In this document: piece after piece, positions 35,201-48,258 of the stretch | How the letters are laid out: each line of letters starts with the position of its first letter | Numbering within the stretch: the first letter of the stretch is position 1 | Assembly (NCBI GenBank): GCA_001662655.1 | Contig: KV460233.1 | Origin: Pseudogymnoascus verrucosus | Taxonomy: Eukaryota | Direction: 5' to 3' (one strand) | DNA length: 64,000 nt | The notes under the pieces: model-generated | What the model saw: the letters and a program-made list of their open reading frames with translations, nothing else | Database searches by the model: none | Told to the model about the DNA's origin: nothing | Made by a program: the position numbers and the translations under genes

Positions 35201-38200
35201 CGTTTCCAGAGTTCTTGTGTGACCTCCCTGGCTTGGTGGATTTGGATATGAGTTTCAATGCGGTTGACAAGCTGCCGAATGCGATTGGGAGGCTCACTAA
35301 TTTGGAACGGTTTGTTATTACGAATAATCGCCTGTCTGGCTCATTGCCGGATACGTTTTCTCAGCTGTGCGATCTTAAGGAGGTGGATGTTCGGTATAAT
35401 GCTCTATCGAGTATTGATGTTATAGCTGCCCTTCCGATGGTTGAGCAGATTTCTGCTGATCACAACTCCGTCTCTGTTTTTGAAGGGAGTTTCGATAAGA
35501 TCCGAATCCTTCGCCTCAATTCAAATCCTGTCACAAGATTTGAGATCAAAAGCCCCGTCCCGACGCTGACAACGCTCGTTCTATCAAATGCCAAACTGGC
35601 ACATATCGCAGACGGGTCGTTTGAGAGAATGCCAAACCTAGTCAAGCTCGTGCTCGACAAGAACCATTTCGTTTCTCTACCTCGACACATCGGGAAGCTC
35701 CGAAACCTAGAGCACTTCAGCATTGCCAGAAACGCCTTAAGCAGTCTCCCTCCCGAGATCGGCTGCCTAACCGAACTCCGCATCTTCGACGTCTCGCAGA
35801 ACAACCTCAAGAAGCTCCCCCAAGAGATTTGGTGGGCGAGCAAACTCGAAACCCTCAACATCTCCGCCAACGTGCTCGCGCACTTCCCCAAGCCCAGTTC
35901 CCGGCCGCCGCAAATCCCGACAGATGCCCCCTCGGCGTCGGATCGACAGGGCTCGTTCTCGCAGGCCAGCACGCAGCCCGCGTCGAGGAATCCGAGTCGT
36001 GAGGAGATAGGGCCGCTGGAGGGGTTCGGGCAGCGGAGACCGAGTCAGACGCTGGGAGGGTTGCTGGCGGTGGGAAGCTCGCCGGTGCCGAGTCCCGGGG
36101 GGGGGATTAGGAATGATTCTATTATATCGATTTATGGGAAGGGTGGGAGGCAGGCGGCGGTTGTGTCGAGGACGGGGTCGTTGAGTACGCAGGAGACGGC
36201 TACGGCGTCGTCGTCGACGCCGACGAGGAAGGAGAGTAGCTTGTCTGCGAAGCTGGCGAATACGTTTGCGGTTACGCTGAAGAATCTTTATCTGGCTGAT
36301 AATCAGCTTGATGATGATGTTTTTGATGAGCTTACCCTGCTTGGGGAGCTGAGGGTGCTGAATCTGTCGTATAATGACCTTAGCGATCTGCCGAGGAGGA
36401 CGTTGAGGAGTTGGCCTCAGCTTGTGGAGTTGTATCTCTCGGGGAATGATCTTACTTCGTTGCCGTCGGATGATTTTGAGGATTACAGTCTTTTGCAGGT
36501 GTTGCATATTAACGGGAATAAGTTCCAGACGCTCCCAGCGGAGCTGGGCAAGGCGCATCGTCTTACGGTGCTGGATGTTGGTAGCAACTCGCTCAAATAC
36601 AACGTCTCGAACTGGCCGTACGATTGGAACTGGAACTGCAATCCTAATCTCAAGTACCTCAACTTGTCGGGCAATAAGCGGTTGGAGATCAAGCCGAATA
36701 TTACGTATGGTTCTAGGGGTGAGGATCGTGATGAGATGAGCTCGACGGATTTTAGTGCGCTGGTTAATCTGAGGATTCTGGGACTCATGGATGTCACACT
36801 GACTATCCCAACAATCCCCGACGAGACGGAGGATAGGAGAGTTCGTACCTCCGGCACGCTAGCCGGATCGATGGCCTACGGAATGGCAGACACACTCGGC
36901 CGCAACGAGCACCTCTCCATCATCGACCTCGTCGTCCCGCGCTTCAACTCCAACGAATCCGAGACGCTCTTGGGCATGTTCGACGGCCAAGCCGCCACGA
37001 GCGGCGGCTCAAAGGTAGCGAAATACCTGCACGAGAACTTCGTCCGCATCTTCAGCGACGAGATCAAGATGCTCAACCCCGCCATCCACGACACCCCCGT
37101 CGACGCCTTGCGTCGTGCGTTCCTATCGCTGAACAAGGAGCTCGCGTCTGGCGCGACGCAGTACGTGGAGGATCGCTCGCTGTTGTCGCATCGCGGGTCC
37201 TCACCGCCTGCTGTGCTGACGCAGGCGGATTTGAATTCGGGGGGTGTGGCGACGGTGATGTTCCTGGAGCAGATGGAGCTCTATGTCGCGAATGTGGGGG
37301 ATGCGCAGGCGATGCTGATTCAGTCGGATGGGAGTCATCGTATTCTCACACGCAAGCACGATCCTGCTGAGCCGGCTGAACGGCAGAGGATTCGCGATGC
37401 GGGGGGGTGGGTGTCGAGACAGGGGAAGCTGAATGATATTATTGGTGTCTCGAGGGCGTTTGGGTATGTTCAGCTCCTGCCGGCTGTACAGGCCGCGCCG
37501 CATATTACGCAGATCACGCTCAAGGAGCAGGACGAGATGGTTATGATCGCCTCGAGCGAGCTGTGGGAGTACCTATCCCCCGAGCTGGTCGTCGACGTCG
37601 CTAGGTCGGAACGCAACGATCTCGTGCGCGCGGCGCAGCGGTTGCGCGATCTCGCTATGGCGTTTGGGGCCACGGGGAAGATTATGGTGATGATGATGGG
37701 GGTGAGTGATCAGAAGAGGCGGGATCGGATTAGGATGAATAGAGGCCCCAGCATGACGCTAGGACCGACGAGTGTCCTGGATGATGTGTACTTGCCTAAT
37801 AAGCGGATTAAGCGCACGAAAGAAGCGGTGGAGGATTCGATGCTGAGGCGGTTGGAGGCGGAGGTGCAGGCGCCGGTGGGGGAGATTAGTATTGTGTTTA
37901 CTGATATCAAGGGGTCGACTGCGCTGTGGGAGAATAACCAGAGTGCGATGCGCTCGGCTATCCGACTACACAATGAGGTTATGCGACGGCAGCTGCGGAT
38001 TATCGGCGGCTACGAGGTCAAGACTGAGGGAGACGCGTTCATGGTCTCCTTCCCCACCGCGACGTCGGCCTTACTCTGGTGTTTCTCGGTACAATCGCAG
38101 TTACTGGAGATCCAATGGCCGTCCGAGATCCTGAACCACACGATCGGGAAGGAAGTCATCGACGCGGACAGCAACCTCATCTTCCGCGGCCTCTCCGTGC

Positions 38201-39297
38201 GCATGGGCGTCCACTTCGGGACTCCGGTGTGTGAACACGATCCCGTGACGAGGAGGATGGATTATTTCGGGCCGATGGTAAATAAGACGTCTCGTATCTC
38301 GTCTACCGCGGATGGGGGGCAGATTGCTGTTTCTGCGGATTTTATATCTGAGATCCAGCGCTGTCTGGAGAATTATAGCGAGACTGAGCGGGAGGGTGCG
38401 GCGGGGGCGGGAGGGGGTGTGGATGAGGAGATGGAGGATCCTGCTGCGGAGAGCATTAGGAGGGAGTTGAGGAGTTTGTCAAGTCAAGGGTTTGAAGTCA
38501 AACCTATGGGTGAGCGCAAGCTGAAGGGTCTCGAGAACCCGGAGTACATATACCTAATGTACCCCCACTCGCTCGCCGGGCGCATAGTGCAGCAACCCCT
38601 CCTCGGCTGCGACCTGGCCGAAGCAGCAGCGACGAAGATGAAAGAGGAAGCTGGTCGCGGCGCGGAGGAAGGGAACCTGAGGCTGACGTTTGAGCCGAAG
38701 GGGGATTTGTCGATTGACCCTGAGTCGATTTGGGGGCTTTGGAGGGCGAGTTTGAGGCTTGAGATGGTGTGTGATGGGTTTGAGGATGGGGTTTCTAAGC
38801 CGCTTTATGGGGCGCAGACAGAGTTGGTGGAGAAGTTGGCGACGAGGGGGAGGGATATGACTGATGAGTTGCTGGTGGCGTTTATGAGGAATTTGATTTT
38901 GAGGATTGAGGTGTGTATTTTCTTCATTTTTCCTTTCTTTTCTTTCTTTCCTTCCTTCCTACTTGCCTGCGCCTTTTTTTGGACGGGGGAGAGAGGGGGA
39001 TGTGTGTAAGGACGCTTGGCTAACGAAAAGAAATAGGCATGCATAACCAACGTCTCCCTCCGCCGCGGCGTCGCAGCCACGAAGGACCATGTCGCCGCGG
39101 AAGCGGTGTCGGATTTCAAGAAGTATATTCGGCCGCTTGATGAGGTGCTGAATACGGTGGCGGAGCAGCAGAGGTTGGTGGAGAGGTATCGGGAGAGGTT
39201 TGGGGAGTTGGAGGTTGAGGAGGTGGGGGAGGGGGAGGGGGGGAAGGGGAAGAGGGTGAAGGGGGTTGTGGAGGAGGTTGTGGAGGAGGTTGAATGA
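32245..39297 (+). CDS. CYR1: Adenylate cyclase (RA, LRR, PP2C-like and cyclase domains); join(32245..32414, 32610..33351, 33406..38910, 39037..39297)
   Basis: 'RPRTPVPSSDVVPFLYQ', 'GWNAPDSWAVK', RA domain 'YCIRIFKADGTFATL', long LRR array, PP2C-like 'GMADTLGRNEHLS', cyclase 'IVFTDIKGSTALWE...VKTEGDAFMV...RMDYFGPMVN'. Confidence 0.95.
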
Positions 39298-39921
39298 GTG
39301 GGGAAGAAGGGGTGAGGGGGGAGATGGGGAAGGGGGGGGGGGTTTATGATGTACGACGATGATATCTTTATTCTGGCTGGCGGATTGCGGGCTGGTGGGA
39401 TTGGGGTTTTTGCATATACAGGAGGTTTTTACCCCCGGCCTATGTAGATGGCTTGGGGCGGAGAATTGGCGTTTGTTGTTTTGGGGGGTTTGGGATAAGG
39501 AATTGGATTGGGGTGGGGGTTGTTATTTTATGGAGTCGAGGGAAGACTGGCTGGAACTCTGCTTGTCTGGGCTGGTTTGGTGCGTATTTGGTGGACGGTG
39601 ATGCGATGGTTTGTTTGATGGAGTTGATAGATAGATACATAGTTGGAGGTGAGGGGGTTGGGAATATATTCTATTCTGTGCATTCTATTCCTCGTGTTCT
39701 GTGAACACCACGCCTTTCGTTCATTCGTTGGTTCGTGAGTAGTTCTCAAAAGGCCGTGGTTCATGAAAGCGGTGAGCCCAAAAGTCGAAATAAATCCGGC
39801 AGAAACATGATTACCGCCTCCATCAACCCTTGGAACCATAACCATGTGGAGCTCCAAGATACTAAAAACTATATTACTGTTCGTAGAAGAGCAATTATTT
39901 CCACCAACTTCATTCACCCTG

Positions 39922-41277
39922 ATGAGGTTACCCTTCCCTCTCATCAGGCGCCCACGATGCCTCCCCCTCACCCGGCCCCATAACCGCCGCCGAACCCTCC
40001 TCACCCTCGCCATCGAGACCTCCTGCGACGACACCTCCGTCGCCATCCTCGAGAAGCAAAAGGCCAAGAGCACTCTACACTTTCATGACAAAGTCACCTC
40101 AGATAACCGCGCATTCCAAGGCGTCCACCCCCTCATCGCGCTAGAATCGCACCAGAAATCGCTTGCGCTGCTGGTTAACAGGGCGTTACGAAGCTTGCCG
40201 GAGAGGGAGGCTGGATCGGCTACTTGGGGGAATGCGGTGCAGATCCGTGGTGCGAAGGGGGAGGCGGATACGCTGAGGGAGAAGCCGGATTTCATCACCG
40301 TTACGAGGGGGCCGGGGATGCAGTCGAATCTCATGACGGGGTTAGATATGGCGAAGGGGTTGGCGGTGGCGTGGCAGGTTCCGGTGCTGGGCGTCAACCA
40401 CATGCAAGCCCACGCCCTGACACCACGGCTTGTATCATCACTCAACGCATCCTCGGAATCAGCCGAATCACATCCCCGGTTCCCCTTTCTCTCTCTCCTG
40501 GTGTCGGGGGGGAATACGATGCTCGTTCACTCTAGTGATATAGTCTCGCACTCCATTCTTGCTGAGAAGACGGATATACCCGTCGGCAACGTGCTGGACA
40601 AGTGCGCGCGCGATATTCTGCCCAAGGCATTGCTGGAGAATGGGAAGAGCGTCATGTACGGTCCGATGTTAGAGGCATTCGCGTTCCCGAATGGGGCGAA
40701 GGACTACGATTATACCCCACCTGAAACACAGCGCGGTCTTAACACCATGAAGACGACCCAGTTTGGCTGGGCTATCAGACCGCCGCTGTCTGAAGACAAG
40801 TCATCGTCTATGGAGTTCTCATATTCGGGACTTGGCGCTATAATACGCCGTATTGTAGAGAGTAATCCAGAGATGTCAGATCCCGAGCGCCGACTCCTGG
40901 CGCAAGAGACGATGCGAGTCGCGTTTGAGCACTTGGCATCGCGGGTCCTCCTCGCTTTGGGGACGCCGGAGATGAAAGACATATCCACGCTCGTCGTGTC
41001 GGGGGGTGTGGCGTCGAACCAGTTTTTGAAGTATATGCTGCGGTCTCTTTTGGATAAGCGGGGATTCAAAGGCGTGGAGGTGGTGTTCCCGCCGATGAGT
41101 TTGTGTACGGATAATGCGGCTATGATTGCGTGGACGGGGATGGAGATGTGGGAGGCGGGGTGGAGGAGTGGGTTGGAGGTGAGGAGTTTGAAGAAGTGGG
41201 CTATTGACCCGGAGGCTGGTGATGGGGGGATTATGGGAGCGGAGGGATGGATAAGAGCGGATGATACCCAATTGTAG
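39922..41277 (+). CDS. QRI7: Mitochondrial tRNA N6-adenosine threonylcarbamoyltransferase (Qri7/TsaD)
   Basis: Arg-rich presequence, 'LAIETSCDDT', 'VTRGPG', 'GVNHMQAHAL', 'SGGVASN', 'CTDNAAMIAW'. Confidence 0.9.
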   Translation: MRLPFPLIRRPRCLPLTRPHNRRRTLLTLAIETSCDDTSVAILEKQKAKSTLHFHDKVTSDNRAFQGVHPLIALESHQKSLALLVNRALRSLPEREAGSATWGNAVQIRGAKGEADTLREKPDFITVTRGPGMQSNLMTGLDMAKGLAVAWQVPVLGVNHMQAHALTPRLVSSLNASSESAESHPRFPFLSLLVSGGNTMLVHSSDIVSHSILAEKTDIPVGNVLDKCARDILPKALLENGKSVMYGPMLEAFAFPNGAKDYDYTPPETQRGLNTMKTTQFGWAIRPPLSEDKSSSMEFSYSGLGAIIRRIVESNPEMSDPERRLLAQETMRVAFEHLASRVLLALGTPEMKDISTLVVSGGVASNQFLKYMLRSLLDKRGFKGVEVVFPPMSLCTDNAAMIAWTGMEMWEAGWRSGLEVRSLKKWAIDPEAGDGGIMGAEGWIRADDTQL

Positions 41278-41526
41278 TATATATGTAAAATATAATGTCT
41301 TGTAATAATATACGAAGGTTGGTTGGATTCTTCATTGTGATCATCATACTGTGGTGCGGTGACTGCAAAGCTTCGGATTGTCCAATCCCTGGTATCATTC
41401 TCGTCGAGCATTCTCTAAGAGAATCTATGTTTGTGAGAGTGTATATTGTATCTCTATATTATATATTACACATCTAAACATCTAATCTAAACACACGGAA
41501 GAAACCAAAACTTGCAAAGGCTAACA

Positions 41527-41901
41527 CTATCGGCAATTACCACTCATACGTCCCATACCTCCTCCCATACCCATACCTCCCATACCTCCCATACCTCCTC
41601 CCATACCCATACCTCCCATACCCATACCTCCCATACCCATACCTCCCCCATAACCCATACCGCCCATACCCATGCCGCCCATGCCGCCCATCGGGTACCC
41701 CATCCCCATACCCCCCACCCTTCTATACCCCCGTGCCCCAAACCTCGGTCCTCCTATAACAGTCGGTCCCATACCGGCATTCATAGACCGCCGGGGCAAA
41801 GTTGTCCGCGGATACACCGCTGGTCGCGTGCCGAGGAACGGACGGGGCCGCATAATCATTTCATCGTGGAGGCTTGAGCGAGGGCCGATGGGGAGACACA
41901 T
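41527..41901 (-). CDS. Small Gly/Met-rich low-complexity protein (GGMGM repeats), 124 aa
   Basis: ATG-initiated open frame; the repeat at ~41545-41715 stays in frame as GGM/GMG units. Confidence 0.55.
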   Translation of the reverse strand: MCLPIGPRSSLHDEMIMRPRPFLGTRPAVYPRTTLPRRSMNAGMGPTVIGGPRFGARGYRRVGGMGMGYPMGGMGGMGMGGMGYGGGMGMGGMGMGGMGMGGGMGGMGGMGMGGGMGRMSGNCR

Positions 41902-42779
41902 TGTTGATTTGGTTCTGTGTCAGACGGAGGAGGAGGAGGAGGAGGAGGAGGAGGCTTAGGTAAGTGCAGGTGCTGCCTCAGGGTAGTGAGACAAGTGTGT
42001 GTAGGTAGTGCGGTTTTCTTGATGGAGGGTGGACGAGAGATTTTAGATCGGATGAAATAGGTAAGTTGATAATGGGGAATGTATATACTCAAGCACTTTT
42101 GTGAGTCGATGATTCATGACATAACCGGTTCCAAGTCTTATAAGTAGTGTTTATGTTTCTCACGGCGGCTTATAACATGGGGTTTGCTGAGTCTTGGTGG
42201 GATTTGGATGGGGTTACTCGTGAGACGGCTGGCTTGTGTGCCATTGTCGCCAGTGTCCCTTATATGTGCAACTGATGCCGACGCATCCCTATCATGTAGT
42301 TATTCAAGCCTCAAAACTTATGATGCTATTGTGTATAAGCATATAATTCAGGGTTTTGAGGCGTTGCCAAACTGCCTGCCCGTACGCAGGATGACGTACG
42401 CTCCAGCCCAGAACCCAACCAATGATTAGTGCAACTTTGACAACATCATGATATCATCGTGCTTAGAGCTCCCCCACGATCATGCTACCCTTACAATAAA
42501 GCAAGGGTCGTGTGGACGATTACCTACTGGTAATTTTTTATCTCTTCGCACTCACTCTGGAATAATATATTCCTTCTAAAAAACAAACTTTTTCGTTCCG
42601 ATTAACTAGCTACGAGATCGCCTAGCTTGTTGATATTTGATATTGACCCCCAAGGTACGCTTACTGTTTACTCACCGCGTGATTCAGTGCGGGGTTTTGA
42701 TTCAGAGAAAGAAGGTGCTGACCACGTCGCAGTTGATAAACATATAACACACCCTGAGAACTGAGAATCCTCTTTTACA

Positions 42780-44034
42780 ATGTAAGTCAACAATCCAAAT
42801 TTCAATTTCTCAAGACATCATGTTCGGTCATCGCAAGTCTTGGAGCACCTCTTCCTCATCGGAATTCAAGTTATTTCCGCTGTGAGCCCTTGATATCTCA
42901 CATTACTGCGCTTTTGCACGACGTAAAGCTAACGCCCAGCTTAGGAATAGAGCAGCACTCTCCATTCGCTCGGGCGGGAACAAGAACCAGGGCGGCTCCT
43001 CACAAGGGGGTTCGCGCCGTGGCTTCACCTTCTCCAGCCTGCGCGGAGCCGGCCAGCCTGAGCTGTCCAAGAGACTCTTCCGCCTCATCAAGACCCAGAA
43101 CAACCTCATCGGCGCCTACGAAGCCGCCGGCAAAGAGCGTCTTTCCGTTGGCACACAGCTCTCCGACTGGGGCGAACAGACGGGCGATGATGCCATCTCC
43201 GAGCTTTCCGACAAGGTCGGTGTGTTGCTCAGTGAGTTGGGCGAGCAGGAGGATGTCTACGCGCACAACCTGGACGATGCCAGGTCTGTTTTGAAGACGA
43301 TCCGAAACACGGAGAAGAGCGTCCAGCCGAGCAGGGACAACAGACAGAAGATCCAGGATGAGATTCACAAGCTCAAGATGAAGGAGCCAGAGAACACGCG
43401 ACTGGTGGTCTTGGAGCAGGAGCTGGTTAGAGCAGAGGCGGAGAACCTGGTGGCCGAGGCCCAACTTACCAATATCGTATGTATACTGCATTATCAATTA
43501 TCTGAATGCCTGCTAACACACCTCTAGACTCGCCAAAAGCTCAAGGAGGCTTACGCCGCGGAGTTCGCTGCCACCATCGAGCGCGCAGAGAAGCAGATCA
43601 TTCTCGCCCGCCACGGCCGCCGCATGCTGAACCTCCTCGATGACACTCCAGTCATTCCAGGCGACACTCGTCCCCAGTTCGAGCACGTCGACCAAGCTCG
43701 CCAGATCCTCAACGACGCCGAGGAGGACTTGCGCGACTGGCGCCTTGAGGCCGAGGACGTTCCCGTTTCAAACCAGATTGATTCGAACCTGATGCCCACC
43801 AGTGTAAGAGCTGACACCAGCTATGAAGGCGAGGAAACTTTGCAGACTATCCCATCAGTCGATGAGAGCCGAACCCAAGGAGGCACCTACCTTCCCCACG
43901 GCACGACATTGGTGGGTGGAGGAAGCTCGAGCGGCGCAACGAACGGACAAGGCGGAGCTTCGAAGCCGAGGGCGACCTTTGTTGAGGATGTTGACACCCC
44001 TAATGTGACTAGAGAGAGAGCTGAGGTGGTTTGA
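42780..44034 (+). CDS. Eisosome BAR protein of the Pil1/Lsp1 family (PilB-like); join(42780..42781, 42945..43476, 43528..44034)
   Basis: 'QPELSKRLFRLIK', 'LSDWGEQTGDDAISELSDKVG', 'IRNTEKSVQPSR', 'LEQELVRAEAENLVAEAQLTNITRQKLK'; the ATG is split by an intron. Confidence 0.9.
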
Positions 44035-44520
44035 ATTTCATCAATAATGGGCGGTGGAGGAAGAAGATGGAGAGGGATGAAAGGGCGTTTGGAATGGAGA
44101 AGGCATCCTTCTTCGTGGGGACTCGGACTCGTTGCTTACGACCATATCACGAATGGTTTTAATTATTGTGCTGCTGTTTCCGTAGAGATAGTCTTTCTAG
44201 TAAGAAATTGTATATTATAAAATGAGCCAAAGTTCAAAGTTTAAAATTCCGTCGTTGAAGCTATCATCAACTAAGTCTCAAGTTCAGTCTAAATTCAGCA
44301 TCCCTGTAAATCGTGCATCACATCACGTGATTCATGCAGCTGTGTTCGCGGTTACAGCATGCCTGTTGTGACGCGAGCTCTCGCCTGCCTAAGCTCCAGC
44401 AAGCCCATACCAACAACGCCCAACAAGACAAGCTCTCATCAACCTCACCACCACATCTCCATCACATAAACCACACCCGAAACCACATCCTCACGACAGA
44501 TTGGAGGCACAGACGTCAAG

Positions 44521-45553
44521 ATGGACTCTCTCGTCGCCCGCTACAGCAGGCCGATGTTCGCGAATGAGGGATACGCAAAGGAGCAGCAGGAGGAGCTGGA
44601 GCTGGTCCAGGAGGTGCCAGCGTTAAGTCTGAAGTTCGCCATGCCGCCCGTTGCGCAAGTGAGTTTATATCCACTCTCTCCCTTCACACGGTTTCCTTGA
44701 AATCAAGCCACCTCCAGACGTTGGAACGACGGAATGCTGACATTACAACCGTAGCCGTCATCATGGCTCCGCGCGGCAACAGACGATTACTCCAACCCCA
44801 ACTGCCCCATCAAGATCGCTCACGGCACAACGACGCTGGCTTTCAGGTTCCAGGGCGGTATTATTGTGGCGACGGATTCGAGAGCTACGGCTGGGAACTG
44901 GATTGCCTCGCAGACAGTGAAGAAGGTTATCGAGATCAACAGCAGCTTGTTAGGCACGATGGCTGGTGGCGCAGCCGTAAGTTCCCTCAGTCCCTCAATC
45001 CCCTTCCTCCCCAGACGATCGATCCCAGGACCAGAACTGACGAATCCCCCAACAGGACTGCCAATACTGGCTCGCCTACCTAGGCATGCAATGCCGCCTC
45101 CACGAGCTCCGCCAAAAGCGCCGCATCACCGTCGCCGCCGCCTCCAAGATCCTCGCCAACATAGTCTACAGCTACAAAGGCATGGGCCTCTCCATGGGCA
45201 CCATGTGCGCGGGCGTGACCCCCTCCGAAGGCCCCGCTCTTTACTACATCGACTCCGACGGCACGCGGTTGGCGGGCAACCTGTTCTGCGTCGGCTCTGG
45301 ACAGACGTTCGCGTACGGTGTGCTGGATGCGGAGTACAGATACGATTTAACCGAGGAGGAGGCGCTGGAGCTGGGACGACGCAGTATTCTTGCCGCGACG
45401 CATAGGGATGCGTATTCGGGTGGGTATATTAATTTGTATCATGTTAAGGAGGAGGGCTGGGTCAAGCATGGGTTCAACGATACGAATCCGATTTTCTGGA
45501 AGACGAAGTTGGAGAAGGGCGAGTTCTCGAATGTGACGAGTGAGTTGGTTTGA
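44521..45553 (+). CDS. PRE2: 20S proteasome subunit beta5; join(44521..44658, 44755..44976, 45056..45553)
   Basis: Propeptide then '[27 protein letters not shown]', '[15 protein letters not shown]', 'RDAYSGG'. Confidence 0.96.
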
Positions 45554-45952
45554 GGGGCGGTGGTACGATAGGTGTGTGCTGTGTTTCCGATGGGATGGGG
45601 TGGGAATGGGGACGTGGGGAGTGGGATGGGATGGGGAGGATAATAACCGGAGAAAGGAGTACGATAGTAGCTTTTTTGCATCAAGATATTGGCGGGAAGT
45701 TCGGGGCTTTGCATGACGGAAGACTGAGTCGGAGACCGTTCGAGAGGGGGGAAGGGGACGGGGACGGGGACGGGGGACTCGTGTGTATTTTAGCTGTCGT
45801 GGGCGCGAGGAATAGAGAGTTACTTTGATCTACCCGTCAACCGCTGCCATTCTGCCGCTCATGTTCATGCATGTTATGACACTTATATTCTACACCACGG
45901 CCTATTTACAGATATATCATCCCCTTCCGCCGCATCACCCACCCCATCCTTC

Positions 45953-47499
45953 CTAACCCCCCCTCCTACCCCCTCCATTCCCAACCCCCCTAACACTCCA
46001 CTCCTCCCACCTCACCCCCTCCACCTCATCTTCCCCCTCCCACCCCCCCGCCACCCCAGCCCACCCCCTCACAAGCCCCCTCCAATAACACGCCTCCGCC
46101 GCCTGCCCCCCCATCCCTCCCAACAGCACCTCTTCCCTTCCCCGCCTCGCTATCCCCTCCGCCACCTCTGGGTTTGCTCTCAACCATATAATCGTGTCTT
46201 CTAGATCCGACCAATCCGGTTTCACGAAGATGATGTTCGCTTCGGAGGGGGGGTAGGAGGGCCATTCGGGGTGAGAGGTAGGGGGGGAGGGGAGGGTGGG
46301 TGAGTAGAGAGGGCGCAGGAGGTGGGTGGTGGGTTGGAGGTAGGTTGGGGGGGGAGTAATCAGCACAGAGGCGCAAGCTTGGTGGAAGGCGAGGCGGCCG
46401 GAGTATGTTACGCCCTGGGTGGGTTAGTTGACATTTTTTTTAATCCTTTGCTCACTTTTAGAGAAAAAAAAGGGGGCGATACGTACATCAGTGTAGATGA
46501 TATACTTATACCTACAAAACTCCTCAATCCGAATCTCATTCCCCTTCTCCACCACCACCCCAGTAGTAGCATTCTTCACTTCCGCCCTTCCAGCTTCTAT
46601 ATCCGCCCACTCCTTCCCTTTCGCCACTTTCACCAAATTCTTACGCAGGTCTTTATTCCCAATCGGACTAAACCACACCGTCCCCCTCCAAACCGCCTTA
46701 TCGATCTTCTCCCTCCACCTCGCCTCCCTCTCTATCCCCGCTATCCGATCGAGCACGGCGTCAAACGGGCCCACGAGGGGGTTCGGCCACGTCCAGTGCG
46801 AGAAATGGGGCATGGGCCAGTGGTTCTGGGCAGGGGAGGAGGGGGTGATGGCGGGGCGGGCGAAGGACCAGGAGCCAGTGCGGGGGGTGTCGGAGACGGT
46901 TAGGGAGAAGGTTGTTGGGGGGAGGGGGGTGGGGGAGGTGAGGATGGCGCGGTAGAGTTGGGAGAGGACGGCGAAGCGGTACTGGGGTTGTTTAGTCTCG
47001 GTTTTTGGAGATGGAGCGTGCTGGTGGAAGTGGAGGGGGGGGAGGCTTACGCGAACGGCGTCTTTGGACATATCATTTTCGCGCTGGGCGAAGATGATGT
47101 ATAGCTGGATAACATGCAGTTAGCCTAGCTTTCTATGTGGGACGATGTATGTGAGAAATGAATGAACAAACTCACCTTCCCATCTTTTATCCTCCCCCTC
47201 ACAGGCCCGAGTGAGTTCTCGGGATCATACGTATCCTGCACGAACTTCCCCCTCGCAACAGCATCATCGACTTCCTTCAGCAGCCCTGGGAACGCAGTCC
47301 TGCATTGTTCCTCCGTCAATGAGCGGGAGCGCAGGGTCTCTTCGGATGGGTAGTGGTTTGCTCTACTGGTGGAGTAGTTTGGGACAGCTATTTGGAAACT
47401 GACGGAGGAGCGGAGGGTATAGAGGATGAAGAGGATAAGAACGCCAAAGAGAAAGATGTGGGAGAAGGAAAAGACCATGCTTGAGGCTATGAGGGCCAT
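45953..47499 (-). CDS. Glycosyltransferase family 90 (CAP10 domain) protein; complement join(47176..47499, 47051..47104, 46487..46981, 45953..46414)
   Basis: N-terminal membrane anchor, 'LTEEQCRTAFPGL', 'WPMPHFSHWTWP', 'KIDKAVWRGT', 'FCRYKYIIYTDGVTYSGRL', 'VKPDWSDLEDTI'. Confidence 0.85.
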
Positions 47500-48258
47500 T
47501 GCATCGCCAGTCTACGCCCCGGAGGGACATCTGAGGAGGTATACTGCACCGTGTGAGAAGGAAGTCATTGAGACTGGACATGGTGGCCATAATAACCAAC
47601 TGCGCAGTCCGTCCAGAGAGGAAAGCTCAATGTAACCACCACCTCGACATCCCCAAGTGACCAACCAGCAAGGTATGCCCCCATACCCATCCTCCGCACC
47701 ATCTCAGTCACCCCTCCAAATCGAGAAGTTAACCATTCACGGAACCAAACCTCCACCTCCTCCCGGGCCGTCAAACTCTCACATCCCTGACCCTCTCCTC
47801 TAGCATTATCAGCACCAGTTGTGTTGCTGTGCTATGCTCAACGAGGTATCAAAGCGGGGTTCGGGGGGGTTTAATCAAAAAATAAATGAAATTCCACGCA
47901 GCGCAAATGAAATAACCCGCGTCCGTGTGTAGATTTCGAATGCTTGTTATTTTGCCGTTTCATGCAGCTAAACTAAGCTGGTCTTCTTGGGCCGTTCTGC
48001 TCCAGGCCCCTTGAAGGGAATCCTGGGGAAATACGGGTAGTGGTTTCCGACGACGCGGGGGAGGTGGAAGTAGTGTACTTCTCCATAGTTGTAGCAAACT
48101 AATACTCCTATGCAAAAATACAGCCAAGAAAGAACAGCATCACCTTCTCTACAGACACAGCTATCTCCTATCACCCATCAACCTCATCCTCTCGATGCGT
48201 ATATATAAAAATAAAAGACAAAAAAACAACAAAAAGATAATCCTAAGATATTGCGTGT

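Noticed and set aside
41512..41959. His/Thr-rich and Pro-rich plus-strand ORFs
   Set aside because: Reverse-complement readings of the GGM repeat. The minus-strand ATG frame is more plausible, though unproven.
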